From contig NC_134032.1 of the NCBI RefSeq assembly GCF_964204645.1, positions 2,352,416 to 2,416,415 on the forward strand: DNA of 64,000 nucleotides. Direction: 5' to 3'. The stretch comes from Tubulanus polymorphus (Eukaryota; Animalia; Nemertea). A model generated the notes under the pieces. It was not told the DNA's origin and made no database searches. It saw only the letters and a program-made list of their open reading frames with translations. Position 1 is the first letter of the stretch. The number at the start of each line of letters is the position of its first letter. Shown piece after piece: positions 13,694 through 26,747 of this stretch. The position numbers and the translations under genes are program-made.

Positions 13694-15887
13694 TTAAGGA
13701 TTTTGACAGTATAGAAAGTATGGCGGTTTATAGAGGATAATTAACTATACATTTGAATAGACGTGTACTACAAATGAATGGAGTTTGTGGACGTGATGTA
13801 TAGGTAGGCTAGTAGCCTAGGCTATCGGCAGCAAATCGAACGAAGGTGCATACATTCTGGCCTCATATTTTGTTTATTCATATAGCAATAAAGTACTTAC
13901 CGTGGGTGAACTCATGCTTTATCCTTTATACGTGATTTGATCAGCGGCAGTTTTCAATAAAACTAATTGAATTTGGATTGAATCGCTTTCCGGTGACAAG
14001 CTGTCGTTTCATTCTTCCATTTGAAAGCATGATGATCTTAAAACAATAGTAACCGTCGTATCCTAATAGTTGATCATTGTTATTTGGTAGGAAAACACAT
14101 TTTTGGGTGTAATTTAAAGACATATTCATCTTCTCTAGCTGTCATCACTTTTTGTTTACAATCCGCCATGATGTACGGTCACATGACTCCGCACGAAATC
14201 TAATTTTATAAAATACCGTAATATCAATTTATTTATGAAAAGAAAGTTTAAATATCGTATATTAGCAAAATACAATTGAATATTCATCACAAGACTAATA
14301 AAATATAGCTTACAAACTTATTTAATATGAATCGGAAATCATCGACAAACGCCGATGACTCCGCTGGCTGAATATGCTACAGGTGCGCGTTCGCATACTA
14401 AGTAGGGTCAAGGTTGCTTCAAGTTTCCTCGCTGTACAGCCGTGGTCTATAATAATGATAATAATGGTTACTGAAAAAAGGGATGTTCAAGGGTATAAAT
14501 CGCAGTGGTCGATCGTGTTCGAATCCGCAATTTCTGCCACTCTCAGTCTACGGCCGCGGTGCCTACAACTTATTTCGCTTTCGAGGTCATGTGTTTTATC
14601 TTACATACCATAATACGGTTGATAACGATTCTTTTTCTAAATTTCTTTTTCGAATGATTATCACGTGATCGTGATCGTGATTATTATCACGTGATATTTT
14701 AACTACGAAAATCCGACCGAGCAGACGGCGTTTAATTCACCGTACTCTGCTAATACGGTGTGTTGACCACGATCGCCGCTAGGTGGCGCTTGCGTGTGAA
14801 ATAATCTTCGTTTTTCGAGCATTTCATGAAATTAAATGATTTAGGCGAGACACAGGACAAGCACGATATTGTTGACAATCAGCTGCCTATCTATGATAAT
14901 CATATTCTGAACCGCGAGATAGATACTGATGAAGTAATAAAAGCGATCTCGCTACTTAAGAATAAAAAGGCATCTGGCATCGACGGGATAACAAATGAAT
15001 TGCTAAAAGTCAACCGATATCCCTATTTAGTTGATATTTTGCAAAACCTATTCAATCTTGTTCTAAGGACTGGCCATGTACCGGATACTTGGTCGATTGG
15101 GGTGATCAAACCGATCTACAAGAACAAAGGTGATCCCGACGATCCCGATAATTACAGAGGCATCACTCTAGTGAGCTGCCTAGGAAAACTGTTTACGAGC
15201 ATATTGAATCAGAGACTATCTCTATTTTTAGATGCAAACAATATTATAAGTGAAGCCAAGGGTGGTTTCAGATCTAAATACTCGACAGTTGATCATATCT
15301 ACACTCTTAAAACCATTGTTGAACTGTACCTTGGCCAGGGGAGAAGACTGTTCTGTGCGTTCGTAGATTTTAAAAAGGCATTTGATTCAATCTGTAGAGT
15401 AACTCTTTGGAAGAAACTAATTAGTAATTGTATTACAGGAAACTTCCTGAACGTTATTAAAAGCATGTACGACTCTGTAAAATCGTGCGTAAAATATAAT
15501 GGCAATACCTCACAATATTTCACTGCCGGCAGAGGTTTGAGACAGGGCGAAAATCTATCACCAATCCTATTTTCACTCTATTTAAATGATATAGAGGCAT
15601 TTTTCGTGGGTAATGGTAATCCAACTCTCTCATTTATAGAAAAGCTGAATTCGGACTGCGATCATGATCTTGACACCCTGTTAAATCTATTTATTATTTT
15701 GTATGCAGATGACACAGTTATCTTAGCTGAGGATGAAAATTCACTGCAGTCGCAGCTGGATACTTTGTATGCATATTGTTTAGAAAACGATTTAACGGTT
15801 AATATCGATAAAACTAAAGTTTTAATTTTTGCAAGAAGTAAATGTAGGATCAAGATAGATACAAAGTTTATGTTTGGCACAGATGAG

Positions 15888-18800
15888 TGTTGAATATTGT
15901 AAGCAAGCTTATCTGTATATCCTGTTGTTACGGTTTATGGTCGAGTTAGTTCACGGTTTATTACTCACATTATTTGTACCTTATATAAATACAGTATTGG
16001 GAATAAATTCTATGTCATTTTTGTATCTGCGATATACGTGGTGTGTTGTTGGTCTTTGGTGCGCCCGTTTAAGGGCCCGACTGTCGCAGAGTTTTCTACA
16101 TTTTTGGTCCCTCGAGCCCTCGAGCCTGGCAGTACGTGATGGCGGAAGACAGACGACAAAGCGAAGGCTACAAAGGCCTTGTGCGGAAGAGGACAGCCCA
16201 GCGGGGACAAGTCACGATGATTTTGAATGACGCAGATTCGGTGGTCAATTCAAGAACAACTCAGGCGCCGGACATCGCGAAACTCGAACGATTAGTGCAG
16301 CGACTCGAGAGCAAGATCACGCTTCTGACTGACATAAATGAAGAAATGTTGGTGATGATGAAAGATGACAGCGTCTACATGCAAGTTTCTAATGAAGCAG
16401 AAGAGGCCATTTCGAATGCCACTGATCGTAAGTTGTTTTATGAACAATATTTGAAGAATACGACGTTAACCGCTACTAAAGTTAGAACTGAAGGATTTCG
16501 GAAATCCACACTTCCGACGCTTAAATTGCCCACGTTTACTGGGAATCTGCTTGAATGGTCTACCTTTTGGGGGTTGTTTGAATCAACAGTGCATAATAAT
16601 TCAGCGTTTTCTAACATTGAGAAATATAGTTATTTGCTCGGTCAAATTAGTGGTGACGCTGTATTGATGGTCTTCCTATGACTTCAGAAAACTATGATAG
16701 TGCCGTTGAATTATTACAAAATCGTTTTGGTCAGACGCACCGTTTGTCAAAAGCATATTTGCAGGCTTTAACTGAATTGAATCCGCCAACAACTGAAGTT
16801 TCGTCATTAAGGCGTTTTTATGATAGTTCTGAAACGTATATTCGACATCTCGGTTCAATTGGTATTTCTACTGAATCCTACGGCGTGATGCTTGTTCCAG
16901 CTATGTTGGACAAGTTACCTTACGATGTTAAAATGTCTATGGCAATTATGTATAATAAACCTGATAGTGATTGGTGTTTATCTGAGCTCAGAGAAGCTTT
17001 ACTTGTTCAAATTCAATTAAAGGAATCATGCATGTCACCAGAAACGAACGCGCCTATTCAATCGTTGCATTTAAATATCAATTCAAAACAATCTGTTAAT
17101 TCGAAACCCGTCAGGAATGTTACTCGAAACTGCGTGTACTGTTGTAAATCTCATTTGCCATCAGATTGTTTTTATGTTACCGACGTTAGGAAGAGAAAGG
17201 ACATCGTTCAAAAGGCAGGCTTATGTTTTAATTGCCTTGGAAAGCATAGAGTGAGTAATTGTCGGTCGGAAGTTTTATGTAAGTTTTGCAAAAAACGACA
17301 CCACAGTAGTTTGTATTTTGCCGTATCCCGCATGTGGCCTGGTACCGGAAATCAGGCTGACATGAGCTTTAGTGAACCGGGTAGAGTTAAGCAAAGAAGA
17401 TTAATCGTATCTAATTCAGCAACTCAAACTAATTCAGTGGTTGAAGGTGGAACCTGCCAATCAAACCAAAATATATCCTTGATAGAATTTGAAACCACAG
17501 CTGTAACGACTAATGCTAAGTTATTAGATACTGTTATGTTAAAAACTGCGGTGACGGAAGTTTCCGGTACTGATAAAACAATCATTGCTAATTTGCTTTT
17601 TGACGATGGGGCGCAACGGACGTTTATTACGTCTCAATTAGCCAAAGATTTAGGGCTTCCAATCACTAGGAAAGAGACAGTAAGCATATCTGTTTTTGGT
17701 TCTGATAAACGTAGTGTACATCATTTGGATTTGGTTACATTGAATGTCCGTTGCAATGACAGCTGTGTAGTTGTAAAAGCATTGGTAGTACCCGAAATTA
17801 CTCAGCCTATATCGGTGAATACTGCATTCAGAGATATTCCAGAATTTAAATCGCTGCAGTTTGCGGACACTGTAAATTCTGACAAGATTAATGTTCAGGT
17901 GTTAATCGGGTCGGATTTTTATTATGATTTTGTGACCGGTCATATTGTTAAGTCGTCTGTTGGTCCTGTAGCAATTAGTTCGAAATTGGGCTATTTGGTT
18001 TGTGGTCCGGTTGGTATTTTTGCTGATCGTCCTGTAGCTGTAATGAGTGTATTAACAAGCGCAGGAAAAACGCCGGAATCAGTTGGTGATTTTTGGTCAT
18101 TGGAGAACACTGGAATTATGCCAAATTCATCGTTTGATAATGATAAAGAATTTGTTACATATTATTGCACGGATTATATTGAAAAGCATGACAATACATA
18201 CTACGCTAAATTGCCATGGCGTGAAAATCATCCAGTTCTGCCGTCAAATTTTGACGTGATAGTGAATAGAACGCATTCAACTATTGATAGATTAAGGAAA
18301 TCTCCTGAGATGTTGGGAAAGTATTCGGACATCATTGTTGATCAGCTTTCAAAGAATTTCATCGAAAAGGTTTCCGAATCTGAATTAGATAATTCTAATG
18401 TTAAACACTACTTAGCTCATCACCCAGTATTCAAACAGTCAGTGACGACGCCTGTGCGTATCGTATTCGACTGTAGTTTTAGTGTAGGCGATAATCCTAG
18501 TTTAAATGACTGTTTGAATAGTGGCCCTTCGTTGTTCAATGAAATAATTCAAATACTCATGAGATTTCGCTTCGGTAAAATAGGTCTAGCTGCTGATATA
18601 GAAAAAGCTTTTCTACAGATTGGGTTACACCCTCGGGATCGTGACGTGACTAGATTTTTTTGGCCTAAAGATCCAACCGATCCGAATTCACCCTTGGAGG
18701 TATACCGTTTTAAACGGGTTTTGTTTGGTGCGACATGCTCGCCTTTCATTTTAAACAGTACAGTTTTGTTCCATTTACAGAATAATTTGAATTCTGTTAC

Positions 18801-21800
18801 CAACGATTTGATACACAACATTTACATGGATAATGTAGTTTCCTCCGTAGATTATGAGGAACAGGCCTTGGAATATTATTCACGATCGCGAGATGTGCTC
18901 GCTGAAGGTCATTTCAATTTACGTTCCTGGTCTTCGAACTGTTCTCTATTGAGGGAACACGCTCGAAGTGATGGCGTCTTAGAGAAGTCATTAACTGTAG
19001 ACATTTTAGGTGTTACTTGGGATACAGAATCCGATTGTCTATCATTGAAATCTAGATCCATAAATACCCTAGAACCCGGTACACCTATCACGAAACGCAC
19101 AGTAACGAGAGACATGAGTAAGATCTATGATCCATTAGGGTTTTTCACCCCAGTAACTGTTAAAATAAAGGTCTTTGTTCAGAGTCTTTGGAAGGATTCT
19201 TACGACTGGGACGATCCCCTGCCAGACGTTTTGTGTTCTCGGTGGAGAGAAATAGCTGGTGACCTAAGCAATCTTCCAGAAATCTCGTTACCTCGATGTT
19301 ACTTTGCCGGTCGTGATCAAAATGCACAGCTAGAATTACATACGTTTGCTGATGCCAGTAAATCTGCGTATGGGGCTGTTTCATATTTGAAGTGTGGTGA
19401 TGAATGTATCTTGATTTCTTCTAAATCACGGGTAGCTCCTAACAAAGAAACTACTATTCCAAGGTTAGAATTAATTGCAGCATTGATAGCGTCAAGGTTG
19501 ACTGATTATATTTGTACCGCTTTAAAGGCAAATGCTCCAAATATCGATGTATATATGTACACAGACAGCCAGATCGTGTTATCATGGCTTAAGTCTAAAA
19601 AGAAATTAAGTGAATTCATTAGGAATAGAGTGTATGGAATAAGATCTTTGGTTGAGAGTACACGCTGGTATTATTGTAGGTCTGATGAAAATCCTGCTGA
19701 TTTGCTCACTCGAGGTGTTGATTGTTCTAAACTACGTGAGTTGTATCAATTCTGGTTCCATGGTCCAGACTGGCTTATTAGTAATATTAGGCCGGAGTAC
19801 CTTTCGATGGCCATTGATGATTCTGAAATCCATGTTATGTCCACTGATTCTGATGCCGATGTTTTCGATGCACCGTTACCGTTTGTTGATTAAAATTGTT
19901 TTTCTTCTATTGTTAGTTTGTTACGACTGTCTTCACTGGTGTTTCGATTCATCAACAACTGCAGAGCCGGAGTTACCCCGAGGCTTCACGGTAGAATTAC
20001 AGCGGAAGAAATGCATTCCGCAGAATATTGGTGGATAAAATTCATTCAAGATTCTGAGTTTCCAAAGGTACGCGAACCATTGACGAAGGTTCAGGGTAAC
20101 AAAGGTTCTTGCTTGGCCATTGTCAATCAATTACAATTATATATAGGTAACGATAATTTGATAAGATGTAGAGGGAGATTGCAAAATGCTCCTATCATCG
20201 ATTCTGCTAAGACTCCAATATTACTCCCAAAATATCATTACCTTACTCGTTTGATAGTGTACAGAGAGCATTGTTACAACTTCCATTCTGGAGTTAATTC
20301 TACTATCGCACAACTCAGAGAGGTCTATTGGATTCCGCAGATTCGACAACTTGTAAAGAATATACTTGAAAATGTGTTGTATGTCGCAAATTATCATGTA
20401 AACCTTACAGGCTCCCAGATCCTCAACCCTTGCCTATATCTCGAATCACAGAAGTACCATGCTTTCATTTTACAGGCGTGGATTATCTGGGGCCTTTGTT
20501 CGTAAGATCGAAAAGTGGAGATTATGTGAAAACACACATTTGTTTGTTTACATGCGCGGTGAGCCGTGCAGTTCATTTGGAGCTTGTGTCAGATCTTACT
20601 ACAGAACAATTCATATTAGCATTTAAGAGATTTGTGTCACGTAGGTCCGTACCTAGACAGCTCATTTCTGATAATGCATCTACGTTCACTTGTGCTAATG
20701 ATATTCTGATCCGCATTTTTTCTGCAGTAGAATTTTCGACATATTCATCCCAACAAGGGATTATTTGGAAATTCATTCCAAAACGTGCGCCGTGGCACGG
20801 CGGATTTTATGAACGATTAGTATCTTTGGTGAAATCATCAATTTATAAGGTGCTAGGTAGAACCTCCGTGACATTTGATGAGTTGCATACTTTAGTTACG
20901 CAGATTGAAAGTCGATTAAATCAATTACGTATATATCTGATGATGTACGCGACCCGGAACCTCTGACTCCGTCCATGCTCCTTTGTGGACACCGTCTTAC
21001 TTCTGTTCCGGTTGCAGATTTTGATAATACTGATCCAGACTTTCGTGTTGATAATGAGAAATTTGTGAAAAGATATAATTATTTGGATTCATTGATTACA
21101 CAATTTTGGAATAGATGGAAGGGTGAATATGTGTTAAGTTTACGTGAGTTTCACCGTACTACGGGCCATAATTGTTGTGATATGAAGGTCGGTTCAGTAG
21201 TTCAAATTCACGATAGCGGTCCTCGTTTAAGGTGGCGTCTAGGTGTAGTTACTGAATTACATCGAGGAAACGATGGCCACGTGAGATCCGCATCTCTTAA
21301 AACATCAACCGGATTTACGAATAGAGCTATAAGTTGTTTGTATCCGTTAGAGGTTTGCGCTAAGGAACCCGTAATAAGTTCTTCAGTGAGTGATGCTCCA
21401 GTATCAACACGTCCGAAGAGAGCAGCGGCAGTTGCAGCAGAAGCAAAAATTCGTCAACTTTCGCGCCGGGCGGAGGAGTCGGATGATGATTAATTGCGCT
21501 CTTGAAATATTTATAATACTTGCTGTTAAAATCGAATTTAATTATTGTATGTATATCTGTATTTTTTATTTGAGGTAAACTAGAATGGTGTAAGAAAATG
21601 AAATTGTAATATCAAATTTGAGATTTATATTTTGCGGCGGGAGAAATGTTGAATATTGTAAGCAAGCTTATCTGTATATCCTGTTGTTACGGTTTATGGT
21701 CGAGTTAGTTCACGGTTTATTACTCACATTATTTGTACCTTATATAAATACAGTATTGGGAATAAATTCTATGTCATTTTTGTATCTGCGATATACGTGT

Positions 21801-21860
21801 GTGTGTTGTTGGTCTTTGGTGCGCCCGTTTAAGGGCCCGACTGTCGCAGAGTTTTCTACA
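15888..21860 (+). mobile_element. Full-length BEL/Pao LTR retrotransposon
   Basis: LTRs 15888-16100 and 21647-21860 (TG...CA), TSD ATGAG (15883-15887, 21861-21865), PBS TGGTCCCTCGAGCC, PPT GCGGCGGGAGAAA. Confidence 0.96.
16136..21493 (+). pseudogene. BEL/Pao gag-pol (DUF1759 gag, Cys/His knuckles, protease, RT YMDN, Pao RNase H, integrase, DUF5641-like tail), broken by frameshifts and a stop
   Basis: Five consecutive ORFs with LPTFTGNLLEW, CFNCLGKH, LFDDGAQRTFI, ADIEKAFLQ, FADAS..AYGA, ENPADLLTRG, GVDYLGP, SDNASTF, APWHGGFYERLV. Confidence 0.92.
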
Positions 21861-24029
21861 ATGAGATTGAGATCGTTGAGGACTATCTATACCTGGGAGT
21901 TAAGTTCAATTGGAATGGCAGCTTCGCCAAAGCAAAAAAATAACTATATGACAAGGCAATGAGAGCAATGTTCTCGGTAATACAAAAAGGCAGACGCTTG
22001 AAGCTCCCGATAGATGTTATGCTGAAACTATTTGATATGTGCGTCGCACCCGTTGCGTTATATGGTTGTGAGATATGGGGCTTTGAAAGCCTCGATTTAT
22101 TAGAGAGTCTGCACTGTACGTTTTGCAAAATTATTATGAAAGTGTCAAAATGTTCGCACAACCTGCAGGTATTAGCTGAACTTGGGCGGTACCCCATGAG
22201 TATCGAGGTAAAACGGAGGATGGTAAACTTTTGGCTTAAAACTGTTACCGGCAAAGAATCAAAACTTAATGCAATCCTGTACCGTATATCCCTCAATCTG
22301 TATGTACGCGAAAAACACAAGTCCCCTTGGTTATTGTATATAAAGAAAATATTTGACGACATTGGCTTATCTTACATATGGTTACAGCAATACATGGAAA
22401 ATTATAAAACGCTCTCCAAGTACGTGAAACAAGTCCTCCGTGACCAACACGTACAAGAAATGCTTCAAAAAGTGAATGACGATCAGCAGTATGTTAATTT
22501 CAAACTATATAAGAACGATGTTAGGCTTGAAAAATATATAACTCAACTTGATGGAAGTCTTGTGCATAGCTTATTCGAATTCAGAATTGGTTCCTATTTA
22601 TTACCGGTAAATAATCGATCGAACGCTCATATAGACCGAAGTGAAAGACTGTGCCCTGCCTGTAACACCGTAGGAGATGAGCTTCACTTCATTTATGACT
22701 GCACTTTGCTAAGTGATCTGCGTGATAATTCCATCCATTTAAGTATGTCCAGAAACTTGGAAATATTAAGGAATCCTACCCCACAATTAGCTAGATTTAT
22801 CCAGTTAGGTTTAAGTTTATACAGATCCCTCCAGTGAATTGTGTATATACGTGTGATATATCTTGCTGTATATAATGCAATCTCTGTACTTGCTTAGTTT
22901 GTAAATAGTTTTATTACTGAAAGTTTGATATTAAATTTTGTTAATTCCTATTTTGTTTTGTATATATGTATATAATTCTGTTCATGTTTTGTAAATTTTT
23001 ATATTCCATATTTTGTATTCAATCTTGTCTCCACGTACCATCTTATGGTTGGAGTGAAATAAATATCTTATCTTATCTTAACTCGCTCGAGTTTGACCCA
23101 GGCCGTACTATCACTGAGAACCGAAGTGATACCACGTTCTATTGTAGAAATCGAGGCTTCCGATTGTGGCAAGCCGGGATCCAACCGGTTACACATGTTT
23201 TGTGATATTATAATTCCATTTGTGGCAAGTGAGGATGCACCGTGTCGCTAGTTTGCATTAGGAACAGATGCCCACAAAAAATATTTCAACTTTATTTAAT
23301 GAATGATTGATTTTTAGGCTTCGGTAATACATTTTCTGAGATAGTGTAACATGCTGTGATAGAGGCCGTCCACACATCTGAATTCGTCTGCCCGTCGGTG
23401 TTGGAGACACGCAGTACAACACAACAAAATGTAACGGGGGCTTTAAAAACTTCGATTGTCCGTCGTGTAAATTACTTGTTTGCGAACAGTATATGTGCTT
23501 GTTACCAATCTTATAAAATGGCAATTACATTCCAGACTTCTCGCAGAAGTGTTTATACCATCATGACGACGACGTCTATAATCGTAAACCAATTGATTAA
23601 AAGATGATCAATTTTCGATGGGACGATGGTGTAGTGCGAGCCTAATTTGCATACACAGATGAATGGTGGAGACATAACAATTGAAAATGAAACATTGAAA
23701 TCGCATTCTCCTTCCATCTTTCTAACCAGGGCAGCTCGATAGCGATAAGTCAATATCCGATATTTTCAGAGTTCGCGAGAGATAGATTATTCCAAACCCA
23801 GCCCACTGCAGGCTTTCGAAAAATATGAATGATTCGGATGTGACAAATGGAGCTACAAGGCCGAACGACATCCTCAATGCGCGTGCGGTAACTCTAACGT
23901 GTTGGCAGCGTGTTTGACTCTAACGTGTTTGATTCTTTTTGATTAACGACCTTTACCAATTCGTGAACATTTAATCGCAATCAACGCCAAAATTAAGATA
24001 GCGTTTACACTGACAAGCGTGAATGATAC

Positions 24030-24470
24030 AAAACAGGTTCTGGGACCTTGACCTTCGACCTACAGGACCCGAAATGTAATAAGTTATTGACCCTACTCTT
24101 AGTCTTTAGGATAACCCATCCAAAAAATGGCACCAAATTATCTTCAATCCATGAGATAGAGCCCGGAAATGAAAAATACATAACAGCTTCTAGTAACCTC
24201 ATAGTAACCTTGACTTTGACCAATACGACCAGGAATCTAATCAGTTACCCACGGTCCCTAGGACAACCCATCCATAGAATTTCAGTTAGTTATCCTATAC
24301 CGTTTATGAGTTAGAGCCCGTAAATGAAATTCGCAAAATGGCTTCCTGTGACGTTGACCTTGGATGTAACAGGACCCAAAATCTAATCAGTTACTAACCA
24401 CATATAGTACAACACAACTGTTGAATTTGAAGAAATTTTGTCGTTTAGCTGCTATGACACGGAAACCACT
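24030..24470. repeat. Interspersed repeat rich in TGACCTTGACC motifs
   Basis: Recurrent GACCTTGACCTT / TAACCTTGACTTTGACC blocks and duplicated ATCTAATCAGTTAC. Confidence 0.45.
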
Positions 24471-24689
24471 GCGTACAGGCGGACGACGAATTTAATACAG
24501 TATGCCTCCCCCCGCAACGCGAGGAATAACCCGCGGGAGGCTTTCACCCAATCCCCTTCCGAGGGTTATTCTAATTTAAATAACTATCGAAATTTTGAGA
24601 TGCTCCCTTATTGCTATGTCTTTATCCTGACCCAAGCATAACTGTATTTCTTTTTTCAGCTTTACAACTGATTCCACTTAATTTAATAA

Positions 24690-25400
24690 TTCCATTTTGG
24701 TGTTAGTACTGGATTGTTGTTGACACCAATATTAGCCAGACGTGTTATCCATGAGTGCGTCACCTGTCGACGTTAACGAGTGAAGCCACTACAGCAACGA
24801 ATGGCCGACCTATCAAACTTTCGGCTGACGCCATTCAGCCGACCGTTCAAGACAACGATTGTTAATAACCTTGGACCAGTCCTCGTGACGTTGAACCGTA
24901 ATACGACAACCAAGGACAATTGTGCGGTATTCGTTTGGGCTTGCTACGAGCTGTACATTTAATCTCTGTCCGAGACTTGTCGACGTCAGCATTTATGCCA
25001 GCTTTCGAACGATTCGCTAGCACACGTGGTGCCCCCGCTATTATCGTTCGTGACGGCGCAACTTGTTTAGGAGGAGCAGATAACGAATTCCGTTAGTTGC
25101 AGTTTAGCCTAGATCGGGAAAAACTTCAAACTTACACGCGGAAGTACGATGTCCAGTGGAAGCTTGCTCCACCCACAGGACCACGTCATCAGGGTCTGGT
25201 TAAACGCATGGTGCAAGAAGTGAAGAAATCCGTGAGACATATCGTCAAAGCCGACAACCTAACATTTGAATGGGAGAAGTCTTCTCGATTATTGCCGGGC
25301 TACTGAATAGTCGCCAAATCGCCACTGTATCGCCTTCGCCTCTAGACGAGCCATCGATTACTTCCAAGCATTTTCTCGTTGGGCGAGGTTATTAACATAG
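24690..25400 (+). pseudogene. Decayed BEL/Pao integrase fragment
   Basis: ECVTCRR, QRMADL..RL, NLGPV, FERFASTRGAP and WKLAPPTGP.HQGLV.RMV, with stops and frameshifts. Confidence 0.75.
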
Positions 25401-26747
25401 TGTGCAAACGCCGTTTGAAGACTACGTTAGTAATACCCAAGCAAAGAAGAGAACTTTGCAAGATGATGGTGGACGGTTCCTGGTGAATGGTGTTTCGGTT
25501 TTTGGAACTGAACATAGTGTCATATTAAACCAACACAGTGCACACGATGACGAGGAACAGCCTAGGTTCGGACTTGATGCTGACGCTGAATTCATAAATA
25601 ACAGGGATGCAAATCCCAGAATTGATTTCGATTGGTCCCAATACTTCATTGAGGTTGATCAGGGGATTAACAGGTTCAGACCTGAATAAAGCTACAGCAA
25701 CAACATACCATAACATAATATGAATGTATCATTAAGTTATACCGATATGATAAATAAACGAACAGCTGCAACGCGATTTAAAACGTTATAAACTATTTGC
25801 ATATGAAAACCATAACAAATCATATTCTATCATATATTCGTAAATCCTGATCTGAATATGCACACGTGTCCCCGAGCTTTCACTGGCCATTTTACATGGT
25901 ATAATACGAAGGTGATTTTGGGTGAAACTAGTGTCTCCAGTTAACTTAAGCATTACTTAGGAGCTACTGAACCTATATAAACAAACTATACACCAAATTT
26001 GAGATACGAAATGGGGATTAATTTCAGAGTTCCTGGGTTCAGATTGGTGCGTTGAGGTCATGTGACCTAAGTCAGCAATCTTGGATTCGAAATTACCATG
26101 CACAATTTCTGGAATAGAAGCCTGGAAAAATAGTAATCCTCAAAATAGAGCAAATTTCCACACAGATATAGATAACTACACTTCTTTTCTTTGATACGAT
26201 GATAAAAGAAATCTATTTTAACAAAATATTTCATAGAAATATGGTACGGAAATATGGAACTCAACGGTGAACAATATCGTATTGATGGGGTTATGTTTGA
26301 TCTGAGTGACCCCTGGGCACCGTCATTATTGTTCTCCACTTCTTTAGAATCAGTCTATAAAAAGATTTAGAAACAATTTTTGCGTTATTTGCTTGAGATA
26401 AAATCCTAATTTCTAATCATATATGTATCTAGGTCACAAGGTCTGTATGTTGCTTGCACAGTGTATGGCAAACAATTTATTTGTATGATAAGTTCATTAT
26501 TCAAAGATATGATGGATATATTTCCAGCGCAAATGAAATTGCAAAATCCCTCGATTGATCATTCTGTCAGAACAATGACCTCTGAACAGCATCAATCGAC
26601 AGATTACTGCACGTATTTTGAATAAAATTTATATTCGAATCCGCATTTAAATAGGTTTAGATTATATTAGATTTTTGATTGTAGTTTTATCAGTAGTTTA
26701 GTTCTGGCAGTTGCAGTTATCGTGTGCTCCAAGACTGACGTAGAAAA

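Larger units (their letters stand above)
8934..14444 (+). mobile_element. Complete DNA transposon, RAG1/Transib/Chapaev (CMC)-related, 5511 bp (element 1)
   Basis: TIRs CACGGCTCTACAGC (8934) and CACGGCTGTACAGC (reverse complement, ending 14444) match at 13/14. Flanked by a 4-bp direct repeat GTCT (8930-8933, 14445-14448). Encloses the transposase gene. Confidence 0.9.
14826..23080 (+). mobile_element. 5'-truncated CR1/L2-group LINE (reverse transcriptase), interrupted at 15887/21866 by the LTR element
   Basis: RT motifs NYRGITL, FVDFKKAFDS, GLRQGENLSPILF and LYADD. The frame resumes after the insertion (FGTDE|IEIVEDYLYLGV), with one stop at ~21940. C-terminal C..C...GDE.H....C, then AATAAA and a (TATCT)n tail. 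Confidence 0.9.

Noticed and set aside
13941-14170. RAG2-like partner gene; also a VFKLHPK / FRLHPK resemblance to the ORF at 51869-52183
   Set aside because: Only short ORFs, no kelch or PHD pattern; the two peptides lie at opposite ends of their elements, so the resemblance is probably chance.
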